Shown one piece after another: positions 40,187 to 53,703 of a DNA stretch of 64,000 bases (positions within the stretch are counted from its first letter, which is position 1; each line of letters opens with the position of its first letter). The DNA is taken from NCBI RefSeq assembly GCF_964213995.1, contig NW_027590302.1, positions 62,001 through 126,000 of the forward strand. The letters run 5' to 3'. The position numbers were made by a program, and so were the translations under genes. The DNA is from Mustelus asterias (Eukaryota). The notes beneath the pieces are model-generated. The model was not told the DNA's origin. It ran no database searches and was given only the letters and a program-made list of their open reading frames with translations.

Positions 40187-43052
40187 GTCTTTAACTATAG
40201 GTTGAAAACCCTGTCTGCTGCGGGTTGCTCAGAATCGCGGGCAGATGCAGCCACAATGTGACTGTCAGTTATGCAAGATTGCTCATTAACCTGTGATCAG
40301 CCCAAGTGTGTCCAGTATCCTGCCACTTCAATCATTGTGTCTCGATGAGTCTGTGAGATCTCTCAGTTATGAGCTGGCTGATATCGAAAGGAAATCCCTC
40401 GAGCCGAGCTGATTTCAGCACCTCGATAGGGGAACGGGTGCACTTTTCCGGATGGGGTTGCGGGGATGAAACCCTGCTCTGTTAATTGGCAGCTGCAAAT
40501 TCTTGGTTGCTTTATAGTAACAAACATCATTGAGGAAACATTCTGAAGTTCACTGGTCATTGGGGGAATTCTGTGCTCAATGTCTATTTAAAAGATCACA
40601 GTCACTTCATTGTGAAATTTCTTCATTGTGTCTACACTTTCTCGGAAGCAGTACATCTCTCGGATCAAATAAACCCAGTGACCAGGCCGCGGTAATAGAC
40701 TTCAGAAACCTGTCAGGGGAGAGGGGGATTGAGTTGTTCAATATTAGAGACACGGAAACTGCATCCAAGGGCAACAACTGAGCTAAATGGAATAGATTTA
40801 AGAAGATCGGCGATAGCACAAATGCAAGTTAAAATAAACTAATATAACTCCTCAAATGTTGCTCACCTCTTGTTGAGATTGTGTTTTTTTTCTGACCTCT
40901 TGGGAAGGTCCCTGTGACTCACATGGAGAGTGAATTATTGATTATGTTTATCAGCGTAAGACCGCCATCTAGTGGTACCTAACTGGAACTCCCATGTGTG
41001 GGGTTATTGTCTGGGATCCGCTCTATCTCTGCAGCAGTGTGGGCTCCGTGGCACAGAGATACACGGCGGTGTCAGAGAGAAGCATCCCGGCAACATTAAA
41101 AATAACAGTTTTATTTCCTTTGCGCAAAACAGCAAGAACATCTGTCCGGTAGATCTTGAAACGTATCTCCCGTGCCATATATCTTCAATAATATTTATTT
41201 TAAATATTAATGTACACAATAATCCCGAACTGCAACTCCAGACAATATCTCCCATGGGGAATGGGTCACAAAATTCTTATACAGTGCCTGGTGACAAATA
41301 GGCGAATGCACCACCCGAGCACATGTTGCAAACTTCCATTCCAATTTAGGAATGAAAGTTTGCAACAGGGGATGAACAATGTTATTCCATATTGGCACTT
41401 CATCAACCGGATGCCAGTTCCAGCCATCCAGTGACTGAACTTCCCCGAGACTCACAGAGGCCAGCGCCTGCCGTAAGTGCAAGTCACCACCAGATGGTGA
41501 TATTGTATTAGTTTAATCGCAAGATAGTGAAACTGCAGTTTGAACTCACAGCTGAGTTTGGTTTTCTTGATATCAGCTGGCCTGGAAGAGGGCAGCCCCA
41601 ACATCATCACCACCATTTGAAAAGCAATTAGGGAATACAATAAATTGTGGACTCAGCAACGAATCCCACACTCGGTCAAATTAATTTTAAAATGGTTTGT
41701 TTTGGAGATAGTTTTGGTGTCTCGTCCCCCAGTGACCTCGAGTGGTGCGGAATTGCTATCAGTTTTACACTGTTTGAGCTGACCAAATTTGGAGAGCTCC
41801 CTGATCACAAATACCATTCCAATAAATCTCCTTCCGGCCTGTCAAGGCCAGTTGTGTGCAGAGTAATATAGCATAGTGTTAAAGATATTTTAAAAAATAC
41901 ATAACCTATTTGAATAAAACAGAAAAAATTCGTATCATTCATTCCTGGAATTATACTGTTTTTCCGTTATCATCGCTGGGTCAGTATAGAATGTGCAGAG
42001 ATTAATTCCAAACTAAAAGGATGTTTCCTTTGTGCAGGGACAAAAACTTGGGAGATAATGTTAATAAACTCCTCAAGGTCTCCTCAGAAATGATGAGATT
42101 ATGCCTTTTTGTCACCATGATGTTCTTTGGTCTGTGATATCCTCTTCCCCAGAAATCAGTGGTGGCAAGTTCATTGAAAACAATTAGGACGGGGTGAGGT
42201 CGATTATTGAATGACCAGGGACTCAGAGTGTACAGGGGAGACATGGAAATACAGATGTCACAATTCAATCCGCCAGGATCTTATCAAATGTCGGGCAGTT
42301 TCGAGATGGCACAGTTGCCTACTCCAGCTCCAAATTTGTATGTTCACGTGGCCACAAGTGGACTTATTACATTAGTTGATTACAAGTCGCCTTTATACAG
42401 AAGTTAAACGTCATAAATGCGCTCATGATATTTTAATGTGCTTTTTGTCTCCTTTACTACCCGTTCCCCGCCTGCCGCCTATGAAACAACCATTTATCAT
42501 CTCCTCTCTCATTCTCCAGCAGCTTACAACTGGCCTGTTCAGAGCTATATTTAATCAGTGTGGGTTTCTGGATCAGAAACAGCGTATCTGCAACCAACAT
42601 GTTCCACAAAGTAGTAATTGAGAATTGAGAATGAGCTGCTTGTGCTTCAGGGTGTCTCCTGAGGCCAATCTTGTTTCCCCTTTTCCTTTAACTATTGTTT
42701 TTCTGATGATCATTAACAAACCAACCCACACAGCAGAACGCTGTCTCCCACCAGGACATTGGCTGCAGCACAGATCGAGGTGTTTCCTTTCACTCACATC
42801 CAGCTCACACAGGACGTCGGATCATTGAGGGCGGGGATTATAACGGGTGGCTTCAGTTATAATTATGTGATGTTTGTCTGTTCCACTGCAGTTGTGCAGT
42901 TCATTTTCTCAGTGTCTCCTGCTAACTGTTGGGTGACAGTTTGATCCGGGGTTAATTTGGTTTCCTCTCGGTGTGTATCTGAGCTGCACTGCAACAACCG
43001 CAGTCCTACTTAACGCTCAACAGAACAGAGCTCGCACCAACAATCCAAAGGC

Positions 43053-43547
43053 AGTTTTTGTGCAGGGGTGAGACTGCTTTCCATCACTGTGATAGCTGGA
43101 AAGCGCAGTAATACACGGCGACATCAGTCAGCTGCAGGTCCGAAACGGTTAAACTGGTGAATTTAGTCGATATCCGAAGCTCCATAGAGAAACGGTTTTT
43201 GGAAAAGTCTGCTTTATCTTCACTGTTGTATGTATTTCTCCGCACTATAAACTCGGGATGGTTTCCTGGGAGTTGTCGGTACCAGTGCAATACATAGCTG
43301 CTCTGTGTAGTTTCATAGTTGCAGCTTAATATGACCGCTGCTCCTTCTGACTTAACATCTGAGGGTAGCGGCTGAGTGACAGAATCTCTCATGACTTAAA
43401 TCTGGAAAATAATATATCAATAAGGAAAAGTTTAGTCCGGTGGCTGATTGAAATTTGATTCCAGTCAAGCTTGGGGAATGAAGGAGCGCATCCACATTTA
43501 CCTGTCTGAAATATTCCCCACACAGCCCAGATGCTGAGCAGCCGCAT
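43053..43547 (-). pseudogene. TCR alpha/delta-type V segment 4 (leader 43502-43547, V exon 43092-43401); V domain open but +1 frameshift at exon start
   Basis: DSVTQPLPS..LSC..WYRQ..RFS..DVAVYYCAF; catgagagattct vs catggagattct in V3; RSS cacagtg 43085-43091, 23-nt spacer, acaaaaact. Confidence 0.88.
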
Positions 43548-43790
43548 TGTCTCTGTCCGCTCTGTGAAAGGGGAGGGTTTGGATATTTAGCCACCCTTTC
43601 TAAACCCCGCCCCTCAATAACCTGCTGCCGTGTGTCAGGCTGTACTCGCCTCACTTCCTTGCTTTTCCATTGGTGCTGTGTGGCCGGCAGATCGCAAAGA
43701 GAATCACCCCGAGCTGCATTACAGTCACTACTCTTGCAGAGGAAATGCTTCCCGAATTATACACCAGAGTTGGGGAAGGAACATCTCCAC

Positions 43791-44525
43791 TGAAGAAGGG
43801 AAAGGGTTAATTTTTTTTTTGTACTCAATGTATTTTGTGCCTAAAAGGTTGAACTTTGTACCTGGAATGTATCATAAACATAACCCTTCCTTATGGCTAG
43901 TCTCCCCTTTGTTTATATTGCTCCTGGTAGTAGTATAAGCCATTTGTTCATGTCTTTCATCTTTAACTTTTAGTAGCACAAGCCATTTGTTCATGGTTCC
44001 CTCGCTTGTTTATATCATTCTGATAAAACAGCCAGTTAAATATAGATGTTAGTCTTTCTTTCCCGTAGGCTTGTCTATGATTTAAACAAAGGAAGCAGCT
44101 ATCAAATGGTAGATTGCGAGAATGGCCGTTTGCAGGAGGACTCCCACTGGAACAGCTGCAATCGTACACAGTCACTTCAAAGGAAAGGCCGCGGGAAGAG
44201 CAGGGGACCAGAGGTGGCACCTTGACTGCAACGACCAGGAGAATTGTGCTTTATGACCCAAGGATACCAAATAGCCTCTAACCATGATCCAGAGACTATC
44301 AGAAGCTGTTACAGGAACTATAATTTATGATCAAGGACTGCTAACTGGACTTTGCTGTATGGCTTGTATTGGGAATCCTGATGTATAAATGTCCACGCTT
44401 CTTGTGTTCAGAGAGAACTTTGGCTTCCGCTTTCAAGGGGTCAGGTTCTCCCTCAAGCTTGTGAGAATAAAGCGTGACTGTATTTTGACTCATACCAGCC
44501 TCAAGAGGTATATTTACCGACTTCA
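43791..44525 (+). mobile_element. Solo LTR (~735 bp)
   Basis: TGAAG...CTTCA inverted termini, flanks tccac/cccac (near-perfect 5-bp TSD), TATAAA at 44384, AATAAA at 44466. Confidence 0.7.
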
Positions 44526-44834
44526 CCCACCATAATTGTACTAAAGAAAGTAAATAATTTTTGAATGAGTTTGTCACTTTGTTTTCACGGATTTTGCTCC
44601 ACTATCAGCGTAGTGATAACCAAGACTCCAGTGAAATTCCTCTCACGGGCTTTAATTATTACTAATACATGAAGTAATGTCAGCGTTACTGGGAAGTCTA
44701 GATTTTCACTCCATTCCTAATTACCCTTGAGAAGGAGAGGGGGTGTGCAGCCTTTTAAACTGCTGTGGTCTCTCGGGACTATTAATATGGTGAAAGAGGA
44801 TGTGTAGCATATCTATCTTTTCCAGTAATAGGAA

Positions 44835-45068
44835 GTTCCTCCCGGTGCTGCTGTTTCACTCCAAACCCCAAAGATGTGCAGGTTAGGTGGATTGGCCAAG
44901 CTAACTTGCCCCTTAGTGTCCCAAGATATGTGTGTAGGTTAAGGGGATTAGCGGGCTGAATATGTGGGGTTCCGGGGACAGTGCTTGAGTGGGATTGTTG
45001 TCGGGGAGTCGGTGCAGGTTCAGTGGGCCAAATGGCCTCCTCCTGCACTGTAGGGATTTTATGGTTTT
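44835..45068 (+). mobile_element. SINE 3' half
   Basis: ccaaagatgtgcaggttaggtggattggcc...gggccaaatggcctcctcctgcactgtaggg. Confidence 0.75.
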
Positions 45069-46168
45069 ATGATATTCAGGCAAGAAGATTTTTAAAAAAT
45101 GTAAAAGCATTGACTGATAGGAACCTGCAGCTGACATTGGAGCATGGTCATTGTCGCATCACACGTCACTATAGGTAAAACACTGCAGTGTATTTTACCG
45201 TTCTGCTCTCAATGGTGAAAATGTTTTAGAGGGGAATGTTTTATTGAGAATGCCAACACCGAGAGTGCCTACCAGTGCTGTTGCTGAGGAACTTTGTGCC
45301 ATAGTTCCGTAGATGCCTATTCAAGTAGCTATATTTGGTTGCACTGAACTGGGTTGCAATCATTAATGTCTATTTATGTTCGGCATAAAAGTAAGTATCT
45401 GGCATATATTCACTGAGAGCGAGTCAATATCCCAATGCTGAAACTCTAGTAAAGCTGAAACGCCCTCTGCTGGACTTTTTTCTAATTGTGTGTCTCAATG
45501 TTCCACTTCTCCCTGAGAGATTGCACAAGACTGAGTTGTGGTGTGGGAGATCCTTATACTTGGACAGGGTGCCTCGTGGAGTGGGGAAGAGAATGATATT
45601 TTACTCTGAGAGATTTGGTTTGAAGCACAGATTGGACACAAGGATGGACATCCATTTTGCCTGATGGGGAAAGGAGTTTGGCAAAGTGATAATTTGTTCA
45701 TTTTTCATTCAAGATTTATTTAAAAAATTCAGAGAACATTTTACAGAAACGATTTTTTTCACGTTCACAGAAGAGAACAAAACGATTGATTTCCATATTG
45801 AGAAAAGAGCACGTGTGCTCTGAGCTGCCTAACATATGTACAACTGTAACAGACACCAAAAAGAAAAAAAAACAGGATCTCAACATAAAGAAAAGGAAAC
45901 AATTGTATATAACGAATACGAAAAGGTAATTATTTATACATGAAATGTAGGGGAAACTACGAGATACATTTAATTTACAACATTTATCTCGTAAATTTCC
46001 AGACTGAAAAGCAGAAATACCGACCACGATTGCCTGAGTTAGAAATACTGAAAGATAAATTGAGAGAATTTTACTGTTAGAGTGACCAACAGCAGATAAT
46101 ATATTTGTGCCATGCAGAAATCTTAATAATCAGCTGTGGGAAATCTACAGCGTCCAAAATTCAGTCGA

Positions 46169-46177
46169 TCACTTGAT
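46169..46177 (-). CDS. IGHM: IgM TM2 exon (IK-stop)
   Basis: ttttttacag|ATC AAG TGA. Confidence 0.75.
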   Translation of the reverse strand: MK

Positions 46178-46314
46178 CTGTAAAAAAGAGGAAAGATAAT
46201 GAAGCGGTTGTTTATGATCTGGGACATTATTAGAGTTTTTAATCAATTAATCATTTAGAGGTTTCTCAAACGGCTTCTGTCTGTTTGAAGTGTGAGTAAA
46301 TTGAATATTCTCAC

Positions 46315-46433
46315 CTTCACCAGAGTGACACCAGCGCTGTAGGACATGCTCAGGCAGAATAGGACGACGAATGTGGAAGCGGTTGTCCAGATGTTGTTGT
46401 TATCATCCTCATTGTCTTCAATCCAGATGCGGT
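46315..46433 (-). CDS. IGHM: IgM TM1 exon
   Basis: (D)RIWIEDNEDDNNNIWTTASTFVVLFCLSMSYSAGVTLVK|gtgaga; conserved antigen-receptor TM motif; 5' boundary inferred. Confidence 0.88.
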
Positions 46434-47339
46434 CTGTGGTATATATGGGGTCACAGCCGAGGAAACAGAATTAGATTGCTTTATTTATCCACTATATCTT
46501 ACTGTTGTGTTTCATATTCTCCTTCGTAAGCTATTAATTTATTCTCGGATTACGTTTTCATTGTATATCTACTGCAAATTTCGTGACACTCAGTCACCGA
46601 AATCTGTAACTGTCTCCACACCTGTTCTTCCTTTGCATTCCTTTTACAATATATATTGGAAAATATGACAACCTTTCTTCAGTGTTAGTTCATTTTCGAA
46701 CCATTTCGTGCAATCTATTCCTGGAGAATATTATGGTGGGTTTTAAGGGAGATTCGCTGATCTGTATATTTGTAAACTGTAAATGTTGCTGTTTAAGAGC
46801 TCGAATGTGAGTTCCCACCTTATTTGCTTATTTATGATGGAAACACTTGTCATGAACTTATATCAGTTTCTCACCAAGAACGTTGTTCAGTGTATTTGTT
46901 GAATTATTTTGTTATAGAAACAATTATTGGAGAACATGTCTGCTCAAAAATAACTTGAATTATACTTTCAACAATAGCCTGGCCTTTGTATTTGTGTGTT
47001 TGCGTTTGTTTAAGTGTGTGCAACGCTTTGCATTACGATTTGTTTGTGTGCCCATGTGCATGTGTTTCTGTGTGACCTTGTGCCAATGAGTATTGCTTTG
47101 TAATTTCTGTGTGTATATTCTGCTTTTCTGTCAATGTGTGTGCGTCTTTTCGTGTGTTGAAGTCTGTTTATTTATTTGTGTCCGTATCAATGCATGTTTC
47201 TGCGTTCATGCCTGCTCATATATGTGTTAAAAAGTTTTTTGTCATAGATCTGTTTATTACATTGATGCTTTTCCTGTGTATGTGTTTGTGTTTGCTTATG
47301 TGTTAGTACGTTTAAGGTGTATTTATTATTGTTACAAGT

Positions 47340-47822
47340 CGAAAGATGGGCGGGTTAGGTTGATTGGCCATGCTAAAAAATTGCCCCTTAGTGTCCTGAG
47401 ATGCGTCGGTTAGAGGGATTAATGGGTAAAATATGTAGGGATATGGGGATGGGGCCTGGGTGGGATTGTGGTCGGTGCAGACTCGATGGGCCGAATGGCC
47501 TCTTTCTGTACTGTAGGGTTTCTATGTTTCTATGTTTCTAAGTAGGCTTACATTAACACAAATGAAGTTACTGTGAAAATCCCCGAGTCGCCACATTCCG
47601 GCTATTTGGGTACAATGAGGGAGAACTTAGCATGGCCAATGTATCTAGCCCGAACGTCTTTCGGACTGTGGGAGGAAACAGGGGCACCCGGAGGAAACCC
47701 ACGCAGACACCGGGAGAACGTGCAGACTCTGCACAGACAGTGACCCAAGTCGGGAATCGTACAGATGTCCCTGGCGCTGTGAGTCAGCATTGCTAACCAT
47801 TGAGCTATCGCACCGTGCCGCT
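47340..47822. mobile_element. Two SINE fragments (plus-strand 3' half nested in the tail of a minus-strand copy)
   Basis: SINE core motifs on both strands; tctatgtttctatg tail at ~47520. Confidence 0.75.
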
Positions 47823-48879
47823 CAGATCTTCATAACCATGTTTTTAAAAAATATACGTTTATGTCTCATGTCTACAAATGTGTACGTTCATGCTCAAGTA
47901 GAAATTAGACATAATCCTTATTGCCAAGGGATCAAGGGATATGGGATATGGAGAAAAGTCGGGATCGGGATACTGGATTTGATGATCAACCATGACCTAA
48001 ATGAATGGCGCTGCAGGCTCGAAAGACTGGGTGGCCTACTCCGAGTTCCATTTTCTATGTTTCTATGTTTCTTGTGTATTGATCAATGAGCCAGAGAGTA
48101 GATAACACTAGTGAGGGCACGTCGAAGCACATGTATGGCAGCATAAACTAATGTGATGATTCCTGACGCACAGATATTGAGATAATAAATAGGGCGTGTT
48201 AAAATACGAGCATGTTCTCTTGAGTATCAGCATGTTAACGATTGCGTCTATATTTGTGTTTCTGAACGTTTTGCTGTCTGTTGATCTACCTATTTGTGTG
48301 TCCATGTGTAGTCTGTTGACATTGGTCTGTATGGCTAGATATGTGTAGGAAATCATGCATATTTATATCCATATTCTGTCATCTTGTTGGCATTTGCATT
48401 CCATGACCTTCCGTAAGTCATCTTGTCTGTTTTATATGTATGCATGTTTGTTTGCATGTATCTGCGTGCCTGAGTATGTGTATTTGTATGTATCTGCGTG
48501 TTTGTGGGTCCATGTCTTATGTGTTTGTGCGCTGCGTCAGTGCACATTTGTGCATTTGCATGTATGTGTGTGTATTTTCTGCATATTTCAGTGTGTGTCG
48601 TTGTATGCATTCATTGGAGTGTGCGTTTGTATCTGCATCTGTGTGCATGCAATTGTGTGTCCATCTCTTTCAGTGTTAAGTTTTTGCGTGTGCGTCTGTG
48701 ATCATTTTACCGCCATTCTCTGTTGGAGGTGTGGGTGTGCACTGGATTACCTACTGTTTCCCTCTCTTTATTGGAGGAGTGGAGTTGCAGTGGATTAAAT
48801 ACTGTTCCCCTCCCTCCCTATGTCGGGGAAGTGCAGGTAGAGTGAATTAACTGCTCTCCCTCCAACATTATTTGTTGGG

Positions 48880-49172
48880 GATCTGGGGTGCCTTGGATGA
48901 ACGTTTCGCATTGCTGCCTCACAGCGCCAGGGACGCGAGTTCAATTCCGGCTTTGGGTCATTGTCTGTATGGAGTTGGCATACTCTCCCCGTGCCTGCGT
49001 GGGTTTCCTCTGGGTGCTCCGAATTCTCCTCACAGTCCAAAGATGTGCGGGTTTGTTGGCCATGCAAATTTGCCCCTTACTGTCGGAGAGGTGTTCGGTT
49101 ACGGGGATTGGGCCTGGGTGGGATTGTTGTCGGGGCAGGTTCGGTGGGCCGATTGGCCTCCTTCTGCACTGC
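48880..49172 (+). mobile_element. HE1/V-SINE-like SINE
   Basis: ttgctgcctcacagcgccagggac..gttcaattccggc..tggagttggcatactctccccgtg. Confidence 0.8.
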
Positions 49173-49759
49173 TTGAATTGTAACTGATGCTTAATGCTCC
49201 CCCTCCCACTCCCTTTATTGAGGAAGTGGGTTTACAGTGGATTGACTAATGCCCCTTGTCTCCCTTTTTTGGGTAGTGGGGGTATAGTAGGTTAATTATT
49301 GTCACACTCCTGACTCTCCGTTGGGAGAGAGAGAATCCAGTGTGTTAACAATTTCCTCCTCCCGCTCTTGGATGGGGATTGTTCCTCCATGTTTCTGTGT
49401 TGCTCTCACTTCAGTTCCCAGTGGGTGTGATGCAGCAGCTTAAAGCTGGCACCAATGGGTAATGGCATGGACAATGAGAGAAGCAGGAACACCGAGATCT
49501 AAATGCTGTGCTTGTTTGTCAGAAATGTTGAAATTGTCGGATTTATCCTCAGCGGGAGGAAAGTTGGTGAAGTTATTTTGCAAAATCTTGAAATGAATGT
49601 GTCAAACCCATGGTGTCTCTGAGCTGGGTTCACTGGTTCCACAAGACATGGGTCCGAGATTTGTAAATATCCCACCCTAACTAAATAGTTCTAACATTAG
49701 CAAAGCAGAAATACAACTAATGAAGCGATTGTGTATTTAAATTAGGTTGGAGGAAAAGC

Positions 49760-49776
49760 CCTTTATTATTTTTATT
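49760..49776 (-). terminator. Secretory-form polyadenylation signals
   Basis: Two AATAAA on the minus strand just after the secretory-tail stop. Confidence 0.7.
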
Positions 49777-49803
49777 GCAGTTCGAAATGTAACCGATTGA
49801 TTC

Positions 49804-50195
49804 TCAATAACATGAATTAACAGTGTCCATCAGTGCAAGGGAAATGTTCACAAAACTGGGTTTACCGCTGGATTTATCCACTGTTCTGTTGATGATCTTC
49901 AAGGGGATGGCTTCATGTCCCACCATACAGGAGTAAGAAGCGCCGCTGGCCCAATCCTCCGCTGCAATGGATAACAGGCTGTACATGAAGAAGGAGCTAT
50001 TGCCGTTCTCCGCCATCACCTCGGTATTCTTGTAGTTCCCGGGATTCACCGGCTTGTCATTAACGTTCCACTTGACGAAGATTTCTCGAGGCGAGAAACC
50101 ACTGACTAAGCAGCTGAGGGAGACGAATTTCTGAGCGGCGATTTCTTCTGCCGAGGGCAGGAGGACAGAGACGGACGGTTCCCATGGTTGTGGAT
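49804..50195 (-). CDS. IGHM: IgM CH4 + secretory tail
   Basis: [50 protein letters not shown]|[19 protein letters not shown]; internal G|GTAAA donor for TM splicing; penultimate Cys. Confidence 0.95.
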
Positions 50196-50911
50196 CTGCA
50201 GAAAATGTACAATAAATGTCAATAAAGTGGAGAACTCCAGAGACAATGAAACTGCTGGTTAGATATGAGAGAAATTTGATTTGCTCTGGATCGTAATGGT
50301 TTCAATTTTCCACTTTTTAATCTGTTCCGTTTCCCAGCTCGGAGCAGACGTGGATACACTTTTCTGTGGAACATGGTGGATTGAATTAGAAAGTTTCAGA
50401 AAGTTAACAGCACAGAAACAGGTCATTTGACCCAACTGCTCTGTGTCAGTGTTTTACTCCACACTAGACTCTTCCCATCTTACTCGGAGGGGTGTGAGGG
50501 GAACCAGTAGATATAATATACTGCGACTTAAAAAAAGGAACCGCACAACAGGCTAATTAATAAGAAAGGAACCCATGCTGTTGGTGATAGATTATTAGCA
50601 TGAATAGAGGATAGACTAACTAATAGAAGATGGAGAGTTTGGATCGGGGGGCATTTTCAGGATGGTAAACTGTAACTAGTGAAGTGCCACCGGTACCAAT
50701 GCTGGGACCATCATTATTTATGATTTATAGACATGAGGGAGTCAAGGTAGTTGGATGTATACTTGCCAAGTTTGCCGATGAAGCAAAAAGAGTTGGGAAG
50801 GCAAATAGTAAGGATGGTAAGTGGACAAAACTTGGCAGATGGAATATAATGTAGGACAATGTAAATTTATTCACTTTGATAGGGAAAATAAAGGGGTGAA
50901 TATTATTTAGA

Positions 50912-51236
50912 TCATAGAAATCCTACAGTGCAGAAAGAGACCATTCGGCCCATCGAGTCTGCACCGACGACAATCCCACCCAGGCCCTATCCCCACATCC
51001 CTACATATTTACCCGCTAATCCCTCTAACCAGGACAGGAAGGGGCAATTTTAGCATGGCCAATCAAACTAACCCGCACATCTTTAGACTGTGGGAGGAAA
51101 CCGGAGCACCCGGAGGAAACCCACGGAGACACGAGGAGAATGTGCAAACTCCACACAGACGGTGATCCAAGCCGGAAATCGAACCCCGATCCCAGGAGCT
51201 GTGAAGCAGCAGTGCTAACCACTGTGCTACCGTGTC
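50912..51236 (-). mobile_element. HE1/V-SINE-like SINE (inside a degraded CR1 fragment starting ~50550)
   Basis: Minus strand cacggtagcacagtggttagcactgctgcttcacagc..ggttcgatttccgg. Confidence 0.88.
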
Positions 51237-51371
51237 GTTCCGATGGAGAAAAACAGCAGAAACTGTTGCAACATGAGATATAGGGATCATTGTACTTAAT
51301 TTACTGAAATCTAGGATTCCTGTTGAACAGGTAAAATATAATTCAAGTGGAATGTTAATCATTGTGACGTA

Positions 51372-52800
51372 ATGCAAATGGGAGGCAATACATTTTGAAA
51401 GGTCTAATATAGAGAGGAAAGAAACAGTAAATGGCAGGACCCTTTAGAGTATTGATAAGCAGAGGGCTCTGGGTGTACAGGTACACAGGTCACTGAAAGT
51501 GGCAACGCAGGTAGATAAGGTAGTCAAGAAGGTATACGGCATGTTTGCCTTCATCGGCCGGGGCACTGAGTTTAAAAATTGGCAAGTCATGTTGCAGCTT
51601 TATAGAACCTTAGTTAGGCCGCACTTGGAATATAGTGTTCAATTCTGGTCTCCACACTACCAGAAGGATTTGGAGACTTTGGAGTGGGTACAGACAATAT
51701 TTACCATGATGTTGCCTGTTTTGGAGGGCATTAGCTGTGAGAAGAGGTTGGAGAAACTTGGTTTATTCTCACTGGAACGACGGAGGTTGAGGGGCGACCT
51801 GATGGAAGTCTAACAGATTAAGTGGCATGGACAGAGTGGATAGTCAGAAGCTTTTTCCCAGGCTGGAAGAGTCAATTATTAGGGGGCATAGGTTTAAGGT
51901 ACGAGGGACAGGGTTTAAAGGAGATGGACGAGGCGAGTTTTTTACACAGAGGGTGGTGGGTGCCTGGAACTTGCTGTCGGGGGAGGTCGTGGAAGCAGAT
52001 ACGATACTTACATTTAAGGGGTGTATGGACAAATACATGAATAGGATGAGAATAGAGGGATATGGTCTCCGGAACGGTAGAGGGTTTTAGTTCAGTCGGG
52101 CAGCATGGTCGGTGCAGGCTTGGAGGGCCGAAGGGCCTGTTCCTGTGCTGTAATTTTCTTTTTTCTTTATTGTTTCAAAAGGAATGGAGAATAAAAATAG
52201 AGACGTCTTGCTGAAATGATAAAGGCACCAGTGGGATCAAACCTGATGCACCGTGAAGATGTTCCCTTTTTAAAAGTAAATATATACTGGCATTGGAGGC
52301 AGGGCACAGAAGGTTCACGAGGTTGATCCTGGGTCAGAATCGATTTTCATATGAGGAGCGGTTGAATAATTTGGATCTGTTGTCACTGGAGTACAGCAGA
52401 ATGAGAGGAGACCTTATTGAGAAGCAGAGAATGCTCCGAAGGGGCTTGAGAGGGTAGATGCTGAGGAGTTACTCCCACCCTTGTGGGAAAGTATAGGGTC
52501 AGAGGCACATAATCTCATAATAAGGGGGTCACCTATTGAAGAGCGATGAGGAAGAACTTGTTCTCTCGGAGGTAGTGAATCTATGGAATTCTTTACCGCA
52601 GAGGGCTGTAGTGAATCGTTAAATGTGTTGAAGGCTGATGTGGACAGATTAGTAATCAATAAGGGAATAGCGGATTATGGGGAGAAGGTGGGAAAGTGGA
52701 GTGGAGAATAACCATATCAGATTAATCATCAACTTATTGAATGTCGGAATCGGCATTTCCATGGACTGAATGGCCGGTTTCTGCCCCTGTGTTGTATGAT
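51372..52800 (+). mobile_element. CR1 3' fragments
   Basis: ORF 51499-51813 LYRTLVRPHLEYSVQFWSPH..LFSLERRRLRGDL; second degraded copy 52190-52800. Confidence 0.88.
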
Positions 52801-53027
52801 GCGCGGTGTGACTCCATCTCAACTTAATATCACCACCTTTAATTCATCGTTCATTCATCAATTTATCAATTTCCACTCTAAAACAATTTTATAGACCCTG
52901 ACTGTTTAGTTGGTTGAGTTACGAATCAGGTTAGACCAGAAACACACTGAATAATAAATATTGACTGTTACACTTACACTTGAAATAGACACAGAGACTC
53001 ACTTATCGCTTCATTCTCTCTACTTAC

Positions 53028-53336
53028 CTTCTTCCTTGTGGATGAAACTTCTTAAAGGAGTGGGCAGATCCTGATGGTTTACCACGCATTGAAACAGAGC
53101 CCCACTCAGCCAGGCTTGTGTCGAGATATTTAAGTTGCTGACCACGCTGTCAGGATCCTCTCCCGTTTTTTCGGCAATCTCTGATTTCAGATACTTCTTT
53201 TCTCGGATCCAGGACACGTTGACTCCATAAGGAGCATTAGAAATGATGCAGGTTAAGGTAACAGTCGCCTCCAGTAAGACCTGTTCTATTGATGGTTGCA
53301 GAATCGTCACTGTGGAATCAGTGCAGTGGGAAGAAT
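53028..53336 (-). CDS. IGHM: IgM CH3
   Basis: [42 protein letters not shown]; ag/gt boundaries, phase 1. Confidence 0.95.
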
Positions 53337-53703
53337 CTGGGAATGGAAAATGAAAATCAACCCAATCTTCAGAATCAAGACAGCAATATTCAGTCTTCAA
53401 TCTCTAAATGGGAATAAATCAACTCCCAGGTATCAACCACTGACCATCACCTTTACTCTTTTCTACACGACGGAAAACCAGCTTCTTGTGTGAAAATTAT
53501 TCTCATTATTCAACTCGTTCGGCCTGTATCAGTCTAATGAATCAGCATTGCAGTATTCCCAATGCAAATATACCTTTCCTGATCTCAGGAAGTACAGTAA
53601 AGTAAAGGTTTTTCTGTACTTTATACGAACTTCAATGAAATTCTGATTTTGATTATCTTCGGACTGCAAAATGATTCATTGCTTCTTGATTTGCGTCTCT
53701 TAC

